Shown here piece after piece: positions 24,347 to 33,997 of a DNA stretch of 64,000 bases. This stretch comes from Clostridia bacterium (lineage in GTDB: Bacteria > Bacillota > DSM-521 > Neomoorellales > JACIYF01), in the NCBI GenBank assembly GCA_014360065.1, contig JACIYF010000001.1:9176-73175 (forward strand), given 5' to 3'. The position numbers were made by a program, and so were the translations under genes. Positions within the stretch are counted from its first letter, which is position 1. Every line of letters starts with the position of its first letter. The notes beneath the pieces are model-generated. The model was not told where the DNA came from, searched no databases, and saw only the letters and a list, made by a program, of their open reading frames with translations.

Positions 24347-25143
24347 GCTAATTCCACCACCCTGACAGCCGCGTTAGAAGCGGCGATAAAGTAAATCGCT
24401 GTGGCTACAGATGAGTTGAACTGGAACACAACCGAGTCCTGCGGCAATAAGGGAAAGCCTGTTGCTGCAGTCACTCCTGAGGGCCCCCAGTAAACGGGAA
24501 CAGAAGATTCATTGTACACGATCATGGCATAGCGGTTGGCCAGCCGTGAAGCACTCGCAAAGAGCTCTGCCGCCGTGGTGGTCACGGTCTTTGCACCAAC
24601 AACAGGGGCAGAATCTATTGTTGCATAACTGCCCGTTAGTTGAACAGGGGCGGAACCTGTCCCGGTTCCCTGGAGCTGCTTGAGCAGGCCTTTCAGGAGT
24701 GCGATCACGCTGGCCGAAGCTGCCGGATCAATCACGGCAGTGGCCGCAAGCGCCCCTAGAGCGGCAATGGCGTTATCTTCGGCGATAATCTTGCCAAGGG
24801 CGCGGGTAGCCCGGTCTATAACGTCCACCTGGTCTTTGACTGTACCGCCACCCTGGTGCTGTTTGAGAAGCCCTTTCAGGAGCGCGATGATGGTCGCGCT
24901 GGCTGCTGGATCTGTTACAGCGGCGTCGGTTAATGCGCCAGCTAGAGCCTCGATCTCGCTGGCCCGGACATCGAGCTTGCCCGAGGTTGTGGAAATCGGA
25001 TTCCCGTCCGGGCCGTACAATTCAACCCTATTCGCATTGTTGCGGCCATAGAGAGGTTCGTAAGCATCGGTAGTGGGGTTAAAATACTGCGGCACGGGAG
25101 CGCCAGCCGCGTCACGGATAATGTTCTTGGTATTATAAGCCAT
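24343..25143 (-). CDS. tail-tip/fibre-associated protein with internal duplication
   Basis: 266 aa. The block DPAASA.(I/V)IALLKGLLKQ.QG.GT occurs twice. Confidence 0.5.
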   Translation of the reverse strand: MAYNTKNIIRDAAGAPVPQYFNPTTDAYEPLYGRNNANRVELYGPDGNPISTTSGKLDVRASEIEALAGALTDAAVTDPAASATIIALLKGLLKQHQGGGTVKDQVDVIDRATRALGKIIAEDNAIAALGALAATAVIDPAASASVIALLKGLLKQLQGTGTGSAPVQLTGSYATIDSAPVVGAKTVTTTAAELFASASRLANRYAMIVYNESSVPVYWGPSGVTAATGFPLLPQDSVVFQFNSSVATAIYFIAASNAAVRVVELA

Positions 25144-25154
25144 ATATCCACCTC

Positions 25155-27116
25155 CTAAGCCCTTAACTCGCCAGCTCTTCTTCCGGTAAGCTTCGCCCGC
25201 AATGCACCGGCAAACTCAAGTTCTTGTCTGGTAACCCAGAAGTAACCTCGCACATCTTCACCATCCCGCTGGTAATCCGGAACGCATATAACATCGCCCA
25301 GAAGCAGGGCCGGGTTGCCCCGCCATTCTACCTCCACGTCCCGTCGGGGGTTCTTAAAACTCGCCAGCAGTTTATCCGCTATCGTTTGTGCCATCGAAAG
25401 CGTTTGCACCAGTGGGTTTCCGGGGAAGGTATATTTAATTAATCCGTTGTCGGTAATGCTGGCACTATCCTGAGCTATCGCTTTTTCTTTGTTCAGCACT
25501 TTCAGCGGTTTTGCATTTATTACTACTATTACGCTTTCATCGGAAGCGCCGCTGTTTGACAAGGTAAGGTCAGCCCCCCAAGCGTAGTACGTTACACTGC
25601 TTATTGTTGTGTTAGTTGCGCCCTCTAGAGAGGCCGAAGCCTCAATGCAAGGAACTTCGTTGTAGTATACAGTTAATGACTTTTGCCCGCCGGCAGGAAT
25701 AGTGGCTGGCTCATTGCTCCGGTAGACTTCCTGAGCCGTAGTAACGGGCCGTAGCGGCTGCGTCTCGACCTCGATGTAGTTGGCGATTTCGCTCCATTTT
25801 ACCGGGTTATCCTTGCGGAAGAAGTCATCCAGACCTATTCCGTAGGCGTCAATAACATCAATGTTTGCCGGGAATGCGCTACCCTGGATAAAATACTGCC
25901 TGGTAACCGGACTGGCAGTTAGGTATGATGGCCCTTCCACCCGGATTACGCCGTTCCTGTCGGCATAGACCTGGCCTAGGCAGGCTTCCGCTATCTTACG
26001 CAGTGCCTCCCGGTGGCTTTGCGGCTCGAAATAGGCGTAGGGAACGGTGTACTGCTGGAGTTCGGTATCTACCCAGTATTCTTCCGGTTTCAGGCCTGCA
26101 TCCTGGAGCACGGCTACAGCAAGGTCATACAGGGTCTTATTTACCTGCACCTGTGAAGTGGAATAGGTGCTCACCCGCAGATGTTCTAGCCTGTCCCGGC
26201 CGGTTGTCTGGGCGTATATACCATCTTCAGGAACCGACCAGTCGCCGGACCAGAATACACCCAGGGGCACGTATTCGATATCTGCGCCTACTTGCACCCC
26301 CAACCAGGCCCTTATTCTGCGATTTTGCTTCAGGAGCTGATAAAGCGGCGATTGCGTATTCCCGACATCAAACTTTCGGGTGCTGTTGTCCAGCCGTACG
26401 TCTATCTCGTTGGCGCTGATATTGCCGACGGGCAGGCTTCCTTGACTAACCTCCCGCTCCTCCAGCAGGTGGATGAGGATAACGTCATCGCCCTCATAGG
26501 TCTCCTGAATGCTGGTGAAGAACTCCAGTATCTTCACCTGCCGACCGGGATGGCTCCATTTGCTTATTTCGAGCGTCATCTTCGTGACCTGGGTCACCGC
26601 GCTCGCAAGCGTCTTTTGCCAGGTTACCAGGGTATTCCCGGTGACCGTTTCTGTATAGAGCACCGTATTTGCACTGTCGTAAAGCTTTATCACGAAATCA
26701 ACGGGGTACTCACCGCGTTTAGGATCCCCGACAACCTTCAGCTGGGTAATCGGGCGGCTGAAAAACGTCACCGTCAGCGTCGGGTACGGCGATACAAAGC
26801 TGCCATCCGCTCCGGCAAGCTGGCTCCCCCACCAGCCCATCTGGCGGGTTTCTGCTTCGCTCGGGTCTGGTGCAAGTGCAAAGGTACCGTCTAGTACCCA
26901 TGAGCCGTCCAAGCTTGCTATCTTTGCAAAAGGCTCAGCAACGGCGTCGGCGGTCTGGGAGGGGTAGGATACGTTAGCCTGTTCAGAAGCGGTAACGGTG
27001 ATGGACTGGTCCAGAAAAGGATCCGTGTAATCGATTTGTATGCGTCCCAGCACTCGCCGCTCGCTAGCTCTGATTTTGTCGAGGAAATCCTGTGTTACGG
27101 GGTACATGCGCACCAC
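25155..27116 (-). CDS. tail-associated (Tal / prophage tail endopeptidase-like) protein
   Basis: 653 aa, two genes downstream of the tape measure. The call is mainly positional. Confidence 0.55.
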   Translation of the reverse strand: MVRMYPVTQDFLDKIRASERRVLGRIQIDYTDPFLDQSITVTASEQANVSYPSQTADAVAEPFAKIASLDGSWVLDGTFALAPDPSEAETRQMGWWGSQLAGADGSFVSPYPTLTVTFFSRPITQLKVVGDPKRGEYPVDFVIKLYDSANTVLYTETVTGNTLVTWQKTLASAVTQVTKMTLEISKWSHPGRQVKILEFFTSIQETYEGDDVILIHLLEEREVSQGSLPVGNISANEIDVRLDNSTRKFDVGNTQSPLYQLLKQNRRIRAWLGVQVGADIEYVPLGVFWSGDWSVPEDGIYAQTTGRDRLEHLRVSTYSTSQVQVNKTLYDLAVAVLQDAGLKPEEYWVDTELQQYTVPYAYFEPQSHREALRKIAEACLGQVYADRNGVIRVEGPSYLTASPVTRQYFIQGSAFPANIDVIDAYGIGLDDFFRKDNPVKWSEIANYIEVETQPLRPVTTAQEVYRSNEPATIPAGGQKSLTVYYNEVPCIEASASLEGATNTTISSVTYYAWGADLTLSNSGASDESVIVVINAKPLKVLNKEKAIAQDSASITDNGLIKYTFPGNPLVQTLSMAQTIADKLLASFKNPRRDVEVEWRGNPALLLGDVICVPDYQRDGEDVRGYFWVTRQELEFAGALRAKLTGRRAGELRA

Positions 27117-27467
27117 CTACTGCTCGATAAGCGCCAGTGAAACATCTTTCCAGTACCGGGTTCCGGCTATCTTCTGCCAGGCCGCCTGGTTTATGTCGCC
27201 CACGTAGGCCGTTATGGTGGCAGTCTCGCCTTTTTGAGGGTCAGGATACTGCACGGTATGGAAAACCTTGCTCTCCAGGATGTTCAAGATGGTTTGCAGG
27301 TCGCTGTTGGCAATAATCTCCCAGCGCATGTCCAGCCGCCGCTTGACGGCTATAATCTCCATGGCCATCTTGCCGGAGGCAAGCCGTTCTGCTTTCGTCA
27401 ATCGAAAGACCCCAACCTTAAGCTCGGTTGGGGTCTTGATTTGGGTTCCGTTTATGCTCACTCCCAA
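27117..27467 (-). CDS. distal-tail-position protein
   Basis: 116 aa, immediately after the tape measure. Small for a Dit protein, so the call is positional only. Confidence 0.4.
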   Translation of the reverse strand: MGVSINGTQIKTPTELKVGVFRLTKAERLASGKMAMEIIAVKRRLDMRWEIIANSDLQTILNILESKVFHTVQYPDPQKGETATITAYVGDINQAAWQKIAGTRYWKDVSLALIEQ

Positions 27468-27473
27468 GAGGTG

Positions 27474-30400
27474 TCACCTCTTTTCTTGCCCGAGGCGTTG
27501 CTCCTCAAAGATGCGGATCTCTCTCAACCGCTGCTCCAGCTTCTTAAGGCCGTAATCGTCGGCAATAAGCGTGCCGATGTGCAGGTGAATTTCCGGTGCG
27601 GTTACAGGAGTAAACCCTCCTCTGGCTCCACCCCCGCCAGCAAACACAGGTGCAGGGGCTGCCGTTACGCCAGCCAAGCTCTCGGCTACCGTAGCTACTG
27701 CAGCCTTCACCATGCCAACGTTGCTCAGGATACCTTCGGCATACATCCGCATGAAATTAGGTGCCCATCGGTCGGCATACCGCCCCGGGCCTTCTTCGGT
27801 GGGAGAACTGAAGCCCAGGAATCGCATTAGCGCAGTTGCGACTGCTCCGCCGGCGCGCTTTACAGCATCGATAGCGCTGCGTATACCGGCAACGATGTTG
27901 TCTATGAAATTTCTGCCCCATTCTCTTGCGGTGTCCACAATGCTCAAAATCTTTTCCTTCGCACGTGCAAACGGATCCACCAACCGGCTGTAAAGCAGGT
28001 CTTTCAGACTCGTTACCTTGGACAACATGTTGCCCCACGACTGGACAACACGGTCCTTGATCTGCTGTGCAGCGTCCACCACTCTGTCCCTAGCACTTCC
28101 AAACCGCGAAGTGATAGCCTGTTTTATGTTCTCCCAGGTTCCCGGAGCGCTGGCTTTAAGCTCCTCCCACCTGGTAGATATACTTGTCTTAATGCTTTCC
28201 CACATAACAGGAGCATTGGCCTTGAGCGTTTCCCATCTACTTGCTATGGCGGTCTTGATGTTTTCCCAGGTAGGCCCCGCGTTTGCTTTGAGGTTATCCC
28301 ACCTCGTAGATATGCTTGCCTTGATATTCTCCCACGCGATCGGGGCATTGGTTTGCAGTTCCTGCCATTTCATTTGGATGGTAGCCTTGATGTTCTCCCA
28401 GGCCAGAGGCGCATTGGTCTTTAGCTCGTTCCATTTGTTGGCTATGGTAGTTTTGATGTTTTCCCAGAAACCGGGGGCACTGGTCGACAGCTCCTGCCAT
28501 TTACTCTGCACTATGTTCTTTATGTTGTTCCATAAGATCCCGGCCTCATCTTTGAAGGCGCTCCATTTCGATGATACCCAGGCGGTAAAATCGCCCCACT
28601 TTCCTTTTGCGCCTTCCCATAGGTTAGCGGCCCACTCCTTGAAGCTGCTCCACTTTGCCTTGATGCCGTCCCACAATGGACCGGCCCAGTCGGCAATCCA
28701 TCCTTTGAAGCTGTCCCATTTCGCCTTAACCCCTTCCCAAAGTCCGCCGGCCCATTCCTTGAAACCTGCCCATTTGGCTTTAATGCCATCCCATAACGGG
28801 CCAGCCCAACTAGCAACCCATTCCTTAAAGCTATTCCATTTCTCCTTGACGCTATCGACTATCCACTGCCAGAAGCCGCTCCAGGTCGGCTTTGCCTGTT
28901 CCAGTGCACCCATGTCAATTTCTGGCAAAGCTATTGCGCCTACACCAGTGGGAACTTCCAGAGACGGTGCTGCAACCTCTCCCAATCCAGCCGCCGCCCC
29001 TTCTGCAGCATCGACGGTCTGCTCCATAATCTGGTGTACCTCATCAAAGGACTGTATGTTGTCGTTGGTTGCCTTGTTTTGTTTCTTCTGCGCCCGACCG
29101 AGTTCGTTTAGCGCCTTGGACTGCTGCTGGGTCGCGGATGTGCTGCTCCGGATGCTTTGGTTAAAGCTATCCGTTGCACTCTTGGTTGCTCCCAGGACCT
29201 TTGCAGTATTGGCCCGCATAACTGCTGCGCTGTACTTTGACCAAAGCCCTATCCCGATACCTAGAGCTGCCGATATAGCCATAATAATAACGCCGAGAGG
29301 CCCTAGCGCTGCATAGAGCGAATACAGTGCCGTTCTGAGTGCCTGAATAACACCAATGTGGGTAATTCCCGCCATAGAAGCAAGGTGTAGCTGGAGCTGG
29401 TAGATCTGGATTGCGCGGGCTATAAACGTAAATAGCGGTGGCCCGGCTGCCAGCGTGCCGTTCAACGCCTGGACTACGAGGGTAAGCCCGTTTATGATCG
29501 GGATAGCGACCTTGAACGTTAGGAATGCGGTCGCAGCCCAGATCACAAGCGGCCTGATAACCGACCAGTGTGCGATAATTGCCTTGGCAACTCCTACTGC
29601 GAACGCCCAGAATGAACGCAGTGCTCCAGCAACCATGCTTACCGACGCGGCGACATTCGGGCCAAACGCTTGTGCAAGTGCAATCTGCAACGCCGAGATT
29701 GTGTCCAGTCCCTGCCTCCTGAGATTGCTGAACGTTGTATAAAAGGTAGTTGCCAGGTCTCGAATTCTTTGGAGCCATCCGGTTAGGCCCCTGAACAGGC
29801 CAGAGGTAAGCGCCCCTATGGTCATTCGCCATACGTCTTTGATGGTGGAAGTGACACCCTGCCAGGTGTTTTGCATGTTCTCCATCATATTAGGAAAGCG
29901 TTTCTCCATGCCTTCGATAAGTACCTGGATAGCCTGACTTGCCGGGATAAGCCCCTTCTCAGAGAGCTTCATGACCTCGGCAGTGGATTTGCCCATCGCT
30001 TCGGCCAGTATTTCCCAGGCAGGAACTCCTGCCTCCGTGAGCTGGCGCATTTCTTCGCCGGTCACTTTAGCCTTGGCCCGCATCTGACCTAAAGCCAAGG
30101 TGATGCGGTCGATGCCTACTTTACCCAGACCAAGGCCGGCAGCGGCATCACCCACAGCCCGCAACGTGGGTAAAACTTCCCCAGCAGCAAAGCCCATTGC
30201 CATCATCCGCCTGGAAGCTTCAAGCAGGTCCGGGTACTCAAACGGCGTCCTTGCTGCGAACTCGCCCATTTGCTCTAAGAAAGCCTGCGCCTTCTCCGCG
30301 CTACCAAGCATGGTGGTAAAACCTATCTGGGCCTGTTCCATCATGGAGTTGAAGTTGATGGCCTCGCCTACCACAGCCTGGAAGCCACGCCGTATGGCCT

Positions 30401-30557
30401 CGAAGAAGCCTATGCCTAAAGTAACGGACAAGGCCCCTTCGAAGATGTCGCCTAGCCTGAGACTCGATGCTCGGGTTTGTCTTTCCACCCGGGCCAAGCC
30501 CTGTTCGTATGGGGTCGTATCTATTCCGAGTTTGGCCAAAAGTTCGCCGACGGTCAT
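27474..30557 (-). CDS. tail tape measure protein
   Basis: 1027 aa with hydrophobic central segments and a long series of W/F-periodic repeats (e.g. WDGIKAKW..FKEW, WENIK....W..LK.NAP). Flanked by chaperone genes. Confidence 0.85.
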   Translation of the reverse strand: MTVGELLAKLGIDTTPYEQGLARVERQTRASSLRLGDIFEGALSVTLGIGFFEAIRRGFQAVVGEAINFNSMMEQAQIGFTTMLGSAEKAQAFLEQMGEFAARTPFEYPDLLEASRRMMAMGFAAGEVLPTLRAVGDAAAGLGLGKVGIDRITLALGQMRAKAKVTGEEMRQLTEAGVPAWEILAEAMGKSTAEVMKLSEKGLIPASQAIQVLIEGMEKRFPNMMENMQNTWQGVTSTIKDVWRMTIGALTSGLFRGLTGWLQRIRDLATTFYTTFSNLRRQGLDTISALQIALAQAFGPNVAASVSMVAGALRSFWAFAVGVAKAIIAHWSVIRPLVIWAATAFLTFKVAIPIINGLTLVVQALNGTLAAGPPLFTFIARAIQIYQLQLHLASMAGITHIGVIQALRTALYSLYAALGPLGVIIMAISAALGIGIGLWSKYSAAVMRANTAKVLGATKSATDSFNQSIRSSTSATQQQSKALNELGRAQKKQNKATNDNIQSFDEVHQIMEQTVDAAEGAAAGLGEVAAPSLEVPTGVGAIALPEIDMGALEQAKPTWSGFWQWIVDSVKEKWNSFKEWVASWAGPLWDGIKAKWAGFKEWAGGLWEGVKAKWDSFKGWIADWAGPLWDGIKAKWSSFKEWAANLWEGAKGKWGDFTAWVSSKWSAFKDEAGILWNNIKNIVQSKWQELSTSAPGFWENIKTTIANKWNELKTNAPLAWENIKATIQMKWQELQTNAPIAWENIKASISTRWDNLKANAGPTWENIKTAIASRWETLKANAPVMWESIKTSISTRWEELKASAPGTWENIKQAITSRFGSARDRVVDAAQQIKDRVVQSWGNMLSKVTSLKDLLYSRLVDPFARAKEKILSIVDTAREWGRNFIDNIVAGIRSAIDAVKRAGGAVATALMRFLGFSSPTEEGPGRYADRWAPNFMRMYAEGILSNVGMVKAAVATVAESLAGVTAAPAPVFAGGGGARGGFTPVTAPEIHLHIGTLIADDYGLKKLEQRLREIRIFEEQRLGQEKR

Positions 30558-30583
30558 CGGTTTCTCTCTCCTAACAAGTTAAA

Positions 30584-30612
30584 GGACAACTAAAATAATC
30601 AACGAATACAAT
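30584..30612 (+). promoter_or_regulatory. candidate promoter of the inverted moron gene
   Basis: GGACAA, 17-nt spacer, TACAAT (30607..30612). Confidence 0.4.
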
Positions 30613-30647
30613 TAGAGACGACTTTTACCACAAAGGAAGGTGTGACA

Positions 30648-31052
30648 ATGGAACTAGTCAAGCGCAAGAAACATTCGGTACTTGCCCGCTGCGAAGCCTG
30701 CGGCAAGGAAATGGAAATTCCATATGCAAATACCCTACGCCCACATATGCCCGCCATAGACCTAAAAGCTGCCGTCCGGTGTGCTTGCGGTGAATACCAT
30801 AATTTGATTGTTGAACCCGAAAATAGCCGAACAAAAACAGCATATTACCAATCAGAAGACAAGCCCTTGAAATGTCCGCGTTGCGGCTCTTCCCAGCTTC
30901 ACGCCGGAGATAAAGGATTCAGCCTTGGCAAAGCTGTAGCAGGTGGCGTTCTAATTGGCCCTATAGGATTACTTGGCGGCTTAATCGGCAGCAAGAAAAC
31001 TATGATTACCTGCTTAAAATGCGGCTATAGGTGGCAAGCAGGAAAAGGATAA
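30648..31052 (+). CDS. membrane-anchored split zinc-ribbon protein (LITAF-like topology), moron
   Basis: Only plus-strand gene inside the tail module. GGAAGG RBS. CEACG...CACG, then CPRCGSS - glycine-zipper hydrophobic stretch GKAVAGGVLIGPIGLLGGLIG - CLKCGY. Confidence 0.6.
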   Translation: MELVKRKKHSVLARCEACGKEMEIPYANTLRPHMPAIDLKAAVRCACGEYHNLIVEPENSRTKTAYYQSEDKPLKCPRCGSSQLHAGDKGFSLGKAVAGGVLIGPIGLLGGLIGSKKTMITCLKCGYRWQAGKG

Positions 31053-31063
31053 TTCCTTGCCAG

Positions 31064-31408
31064 CTACCACGGTCCCTTCAACCCCTTGGCCCTCGCCTCC
31101 CGGATAAGCTCGGCCCAGCCATCTCTCTGCTGGGCCTTTTTCGTTAACTTCTCCACTGCCTTCTTCATTTCCCTGCCGATAAACGCATCCGGTTCTACCT
31201 GCTTCAGCCGCTTCCTGGCAAGCATACCTGCTATGGCACTGAAGCCGTTGGTAATCACGGCAGCCAGAAAAGCCCAGTGGTTTCGCATCTCATGGTATTC
31301 CTGCATGAGTTTCTGTCTCTTGAGCTCCTGCAGGATGGCCACCAGTTCGCTGGGCCTGAGCTGCCGCATCTCCTCCAGCGTCCAGCCGAACTCTCGGGCC
31401 AACAGCAC
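31064..31408 (-). CDS. tail assembly chaperone, distal (T-like) ORF
   Basis: 114 aa. GWTLEEMRQLRPSELVAIL block. Located directly upstream of the tape measure. Confidence 0.5.
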   Translation of the reverse strand: MLLAREFGWTLEEMRQLRPSELVAILQELKRQKLMQEYHEMRNHWAFLAAVITNGFSAIAGMLARKRLKQVEPDAFIGREMKKAVEKLTKKAQQRDGWAELIREARAKGLKGPW

Positions 31409-31410
31409 AA

Positions 31411-31749
31411 CTACTTCTGGGGCAAGCCAGCCTGCGCCAAGCTCAGCATGGGCTTCAGCAACCTCTTTATCCCCAAAAAATTTACGTCAACCAACGCCTC
31501 GACCAACGCCTCTAGCTCGCTCATGTAGGCGTTCTTCACGTCCTCCTTGGTAAGCTCCGGGAATATCTTCGGAAGCTTTGAGTAAAGCAGGTCAAAGTTG
31601 GCTTCACCCAGCAGCTTGCCCAGATCAACCCTGGAGATATCGCCCTTACTCTCGGGGAAAAGCTCCCGGATTAGGGCCTCCAGCTCACCTATCTTTTTCT
31701 CCTGGACGTTTATATCCTTCCCGGCAAAGCTGACTATCCTGCTCCGCAT
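31411..31749 (-). CDS. tail assembly chaperone (G-like)
   Basis: 112 aa, acidic. Called from its position between the tube and tape-measure genes. Confidence 0.5.
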   Translation of the reverse strand: MRSRIVSFAGKDINVQEKKIGELEALIRELFPESKGDISRVDLGKLLGEANFDLLYSKLPKIFPELTKEDVKNAYMSELEALVEALVDVNFLGIKRLLKPMLSLAQAGLPQK

Positions 31750-31760
31750 CTAATCACTCC

Positions 31761-32375
31761 CTACAGCCTGAAGTACAACGGGCCTACGCCTTCAAAGTCG
31801 ATGCTTTCCTTCACCAGCTCATCGACAGCGGTTTCTATGCCTTCCGAGTTAATGAGAGCAAAACCCTCCAGGCACTTCTGGGAAGCACCGCTGTCTACGA
31901 AAAGTTTGACTACAATTATCTCGCCCAAACTCTTGAAAAAACTGTCGTCGCCCCAGTAGGCCTCGGCGCTGCCGGACCAGCCCTTAACCGTGCTGATGTA
32001 TTCCTTCCAGCCCCCGCTAGCAAATGTAGTTGCTTCCGCGTCTTCTGCTTCCATGTCAACACTCCAATTAAAAAAGCCGCCACACTGCACCAGCGTCAGG
32101 GCCTGACCGGAAACGGTTACCACGTCGGTGTCCAGCAGCGGAGCATCGAACACCACATAACCCCCGGCCCGTTCGAGGGTAAAGCCTGTTGTTATGACCA
32201 CGTCATTCTTTTTAACCGTTATCGCAGCATCGAGCGGCCAGTAGCGGTAAGTCGGATTGGTTACCTGGTAACGCCTATAAGTCGCATCCGGCGTGGTCGC
32301 CTGATTAGTAAAAGAGACGGGGGCGGTATTCACGTCGCTGACGTAAACCGCCCCTACTTTGCCTGCTATTGCCAT
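31761..32375 (-). CDS. tail tube protein paralog (longer form)
   Basis: 204 aa. Shares MAIAGK.GAVY and GGWKEY....KGWSGS.E blocks with 32390..32776. Confidence 0.55.
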   Translation of the reverse strand: MAIAGKVGAVYVSDVNTAPVSFTNQATTPDATYRRYQVTNPTYRYWPLDAAITVKKNDVVITTGFTLERAGGYVVFDAPLLDTDVVTVSGQALTLVQCGGFFNWSVDMEAEDAEATTFASGGWKEYISTVKGWSGSAEAYWGDDSFFKSLGEIIVVKLFVDSGASQKCLEGFALINSEGIETAVDELVKESIDFEGVGPLYFRL

Positions 32376-32389
32376 GCTAAATCACCCCG

Positions 32390-32776
32390 CTAGGTCAGGG
32401 TAATGGTAAGTTGTCCTGTGCCCTGGAAGTCGCAGGAGAAACTGCCTTTATCATCTACAGGCATCTCTATCGAGGGTTTTACAAAAGCGTTTCCTGAGAA
32501 CTTCCTTGTTGCATCAATTCTTAACTCCAGGCTAACGGTTTGCCCGCTGTTCCAAGCGTTTATCAGGGCTACTTGGCCGGTAGTATCGGTTGGTACGAAG
32601 TTGCCTTCGAAAGAGCCTGACCACTCTTTTAGGCCGGCCAGATACTCTTTCCAGCCGTTGCTATCAAAAGACGTGATCTCGATATCATCTGCACCAAGGT
32701 CAAGTGACCACGTACCTATTTCAGATACTTTGTTGGCGCCGATATAGACGGCTCCACCTTTGCCTGCGATCGCCAT
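32390..32776 (-). CDS. major tail (tube) protein
   Basis: 128 aa. MAIAGKGGAVYIG...NGWKEYLAGLKEWSGSFEG. Called partly from its position after the head-tail joining genes. Confidence 0.6.
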   Translation of the reverse strand: MAIAGKGGAVYIGANKVSEIGTWSLDLGADDIEITSFDSNGWKEYLAGLKEWSGSFEGNFVPTDTTGQVALINAWNSGQTVSLELRIDATRKFSGNAFVKPSIEMPVDDKGSFSCDFQGTGQLTITLT

Positions 32777-32778
32777 TA

Positions 32779-33156
32779 TCAGCCAACCTCCTTAATCACT
32801 CTGAAATTGCACACAAATAAGGCCCTGCCGTTTTCGTCTCTCGGTAGGGCCTCCGGACTTTGTCTTGCCCGTACGAGCAGATATCTGCGTCCATTAATCG
32901 TCGCTTCGGTTAATCCGTGCAGTACGTTTCGGGTCTGTTCTATTTTCTGCCTTCCAGCGACATAACTTTTATTTCGCACCAGTACCTGCAGTCCAGGATA
33001 TTCCACGCTGCTGTGTAAGTCTGGCGGCTCCCCGGCATACTCGAATAAGGCAACGACATTATCGGGAGCTGCAGGTAACTGCCCCAAAAAAATATCGGTG
33101 CCGACCGTGCCGACACCGTTTATCTGGAGATAGTTCCCGATGTCCTCCGAGAGCAC
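32779..33156 (-). CDS. head-tail joining / tail terminator-position protein
   Basis: 125-aa ORF. Positional call. Confidence 0.45.
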   Translation of the reverse strand: MLSEDIGNYLQINGVGTVGTDIFLGQLPAAPDNVVALFEYAGEPPDLHSSVEYPGLQVLVRNKSYVAGRQKIEQTRNVLHGLTEATINGRRYLLVRARQSPEALPRDENGRALFVCNFRVIKEVG

Positions 33157-33683
33157 TATTCAAACACCTGCCTCAGCCGCCTAGTTAGCCTAGCGGCAAG
33201 TTGCGGCGCAGCTTCATTTACCGGGTTCTCAAGATATTTCTTGCCCGCAAAACCTGGATGGTGGACAGTTTTGCCCAGAATGACATAATTGCCGTCCTTG
33301 CTGTATTTCGGCAATTGCTTTGATTCGTACTCATTGACCGGGCCGCCTTTCCACTTGTTTGCAGGGGCCGCCAGCACTTTAGCGTTTTTTGCCGTTATGG
33401 CATGTGGGCCGTATCCCTCGTGCACAATAACGGCATACGGCGCCGCCGGTCCTCCATAGCCCATCTGCACCGTCACCTGACCACCACTGTATTTCGGCTG
33501 TTCAACGTAACCGGTACTTTTCAGCGTTCCGGTATCCACCGGACACTGCTTTTTGCTCTCCGTCATAATGAGCTCTGCTTCGGCATAGAGCGCCTTACCT
33601 GCCTCGACCAGCGTACGTTTGCCCAGCTTCTCCAGGGCGCGCCGCAACTCTCTTGTGCCTTTGACCTTAACCGTTATCCTCAC
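33156..33683 (-). CDS. HK97 gp10-family head-tail joining protein
   Basis: MRITVKVKGTRELRRALEKLGKR... is a typical gp10-family N-terminus. Confidence 0.6.
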   Translation of the reverse strand: MRITVKVKGTRELRRALEKLGKRTLVEAGKALYAEAELIMTESKKQCPVDTGTLKSTGYVEQPKYSGGQVTVQMGYGGPAAPYAVIVHEGYGPHAITAKNAKVLAAPANKWKGGPVNEYESKQLPKYSKDGNYVILGKTVHHPGFAGKKYLENPVNEAAPQLAARLTRRLRQVFE

Positions 33684-33997
33684 ATGTTCACCACCTTGTG
33701 GTGGGCGCTCCCCGTTTCATCCGGCAGGACTTCAACCGAGAGGACAACTGGCTGCGAGCCGTCCGGCAGGGTAATCCGGTCCTGGACGCCGACGTTCACC
33801 GAGCCGTCCAGGTAGACCTGGGCTGTACTGACGACCTCCCTTCCGGTCCTGTCCCGTACCAGCTTCGTCTTGCGCTGCACAAAGGCAGAGTATGTCACAG
33901 GAGCACCGTATACAGGCTCGCTGTAGGCGTTGGTTCCCGAGAACGGCTCCACCGTCACCGTCTGCTTGAACCATGCTAAGAAGTCGCGCTCGGCCAT
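33680..33997 (-). CDS. head closure / head-tail adaptor protein
   Basis: 105-aa ORF. Positional call. Confidence 0.45.
   Translation of the reverse strand: MAERDFLAWFKQTVTVEPFSGTNAYSEPVYGAPVTYSAFVQRKTKLVRDRTGREVVSTAQVYLDGSVNVGVQDRITLPDGSQPVVLSVEVLPDETGSAHHKVVNM

Noticed and set aside
24661-24930. Diverged DNA duplication in a tail gene considered as a diversity-generating retroelement TR/VR pair
   Set aside because: No reverse transcriptase gene is present in the window, and the differences between the copies are not restricted to adenine positions.
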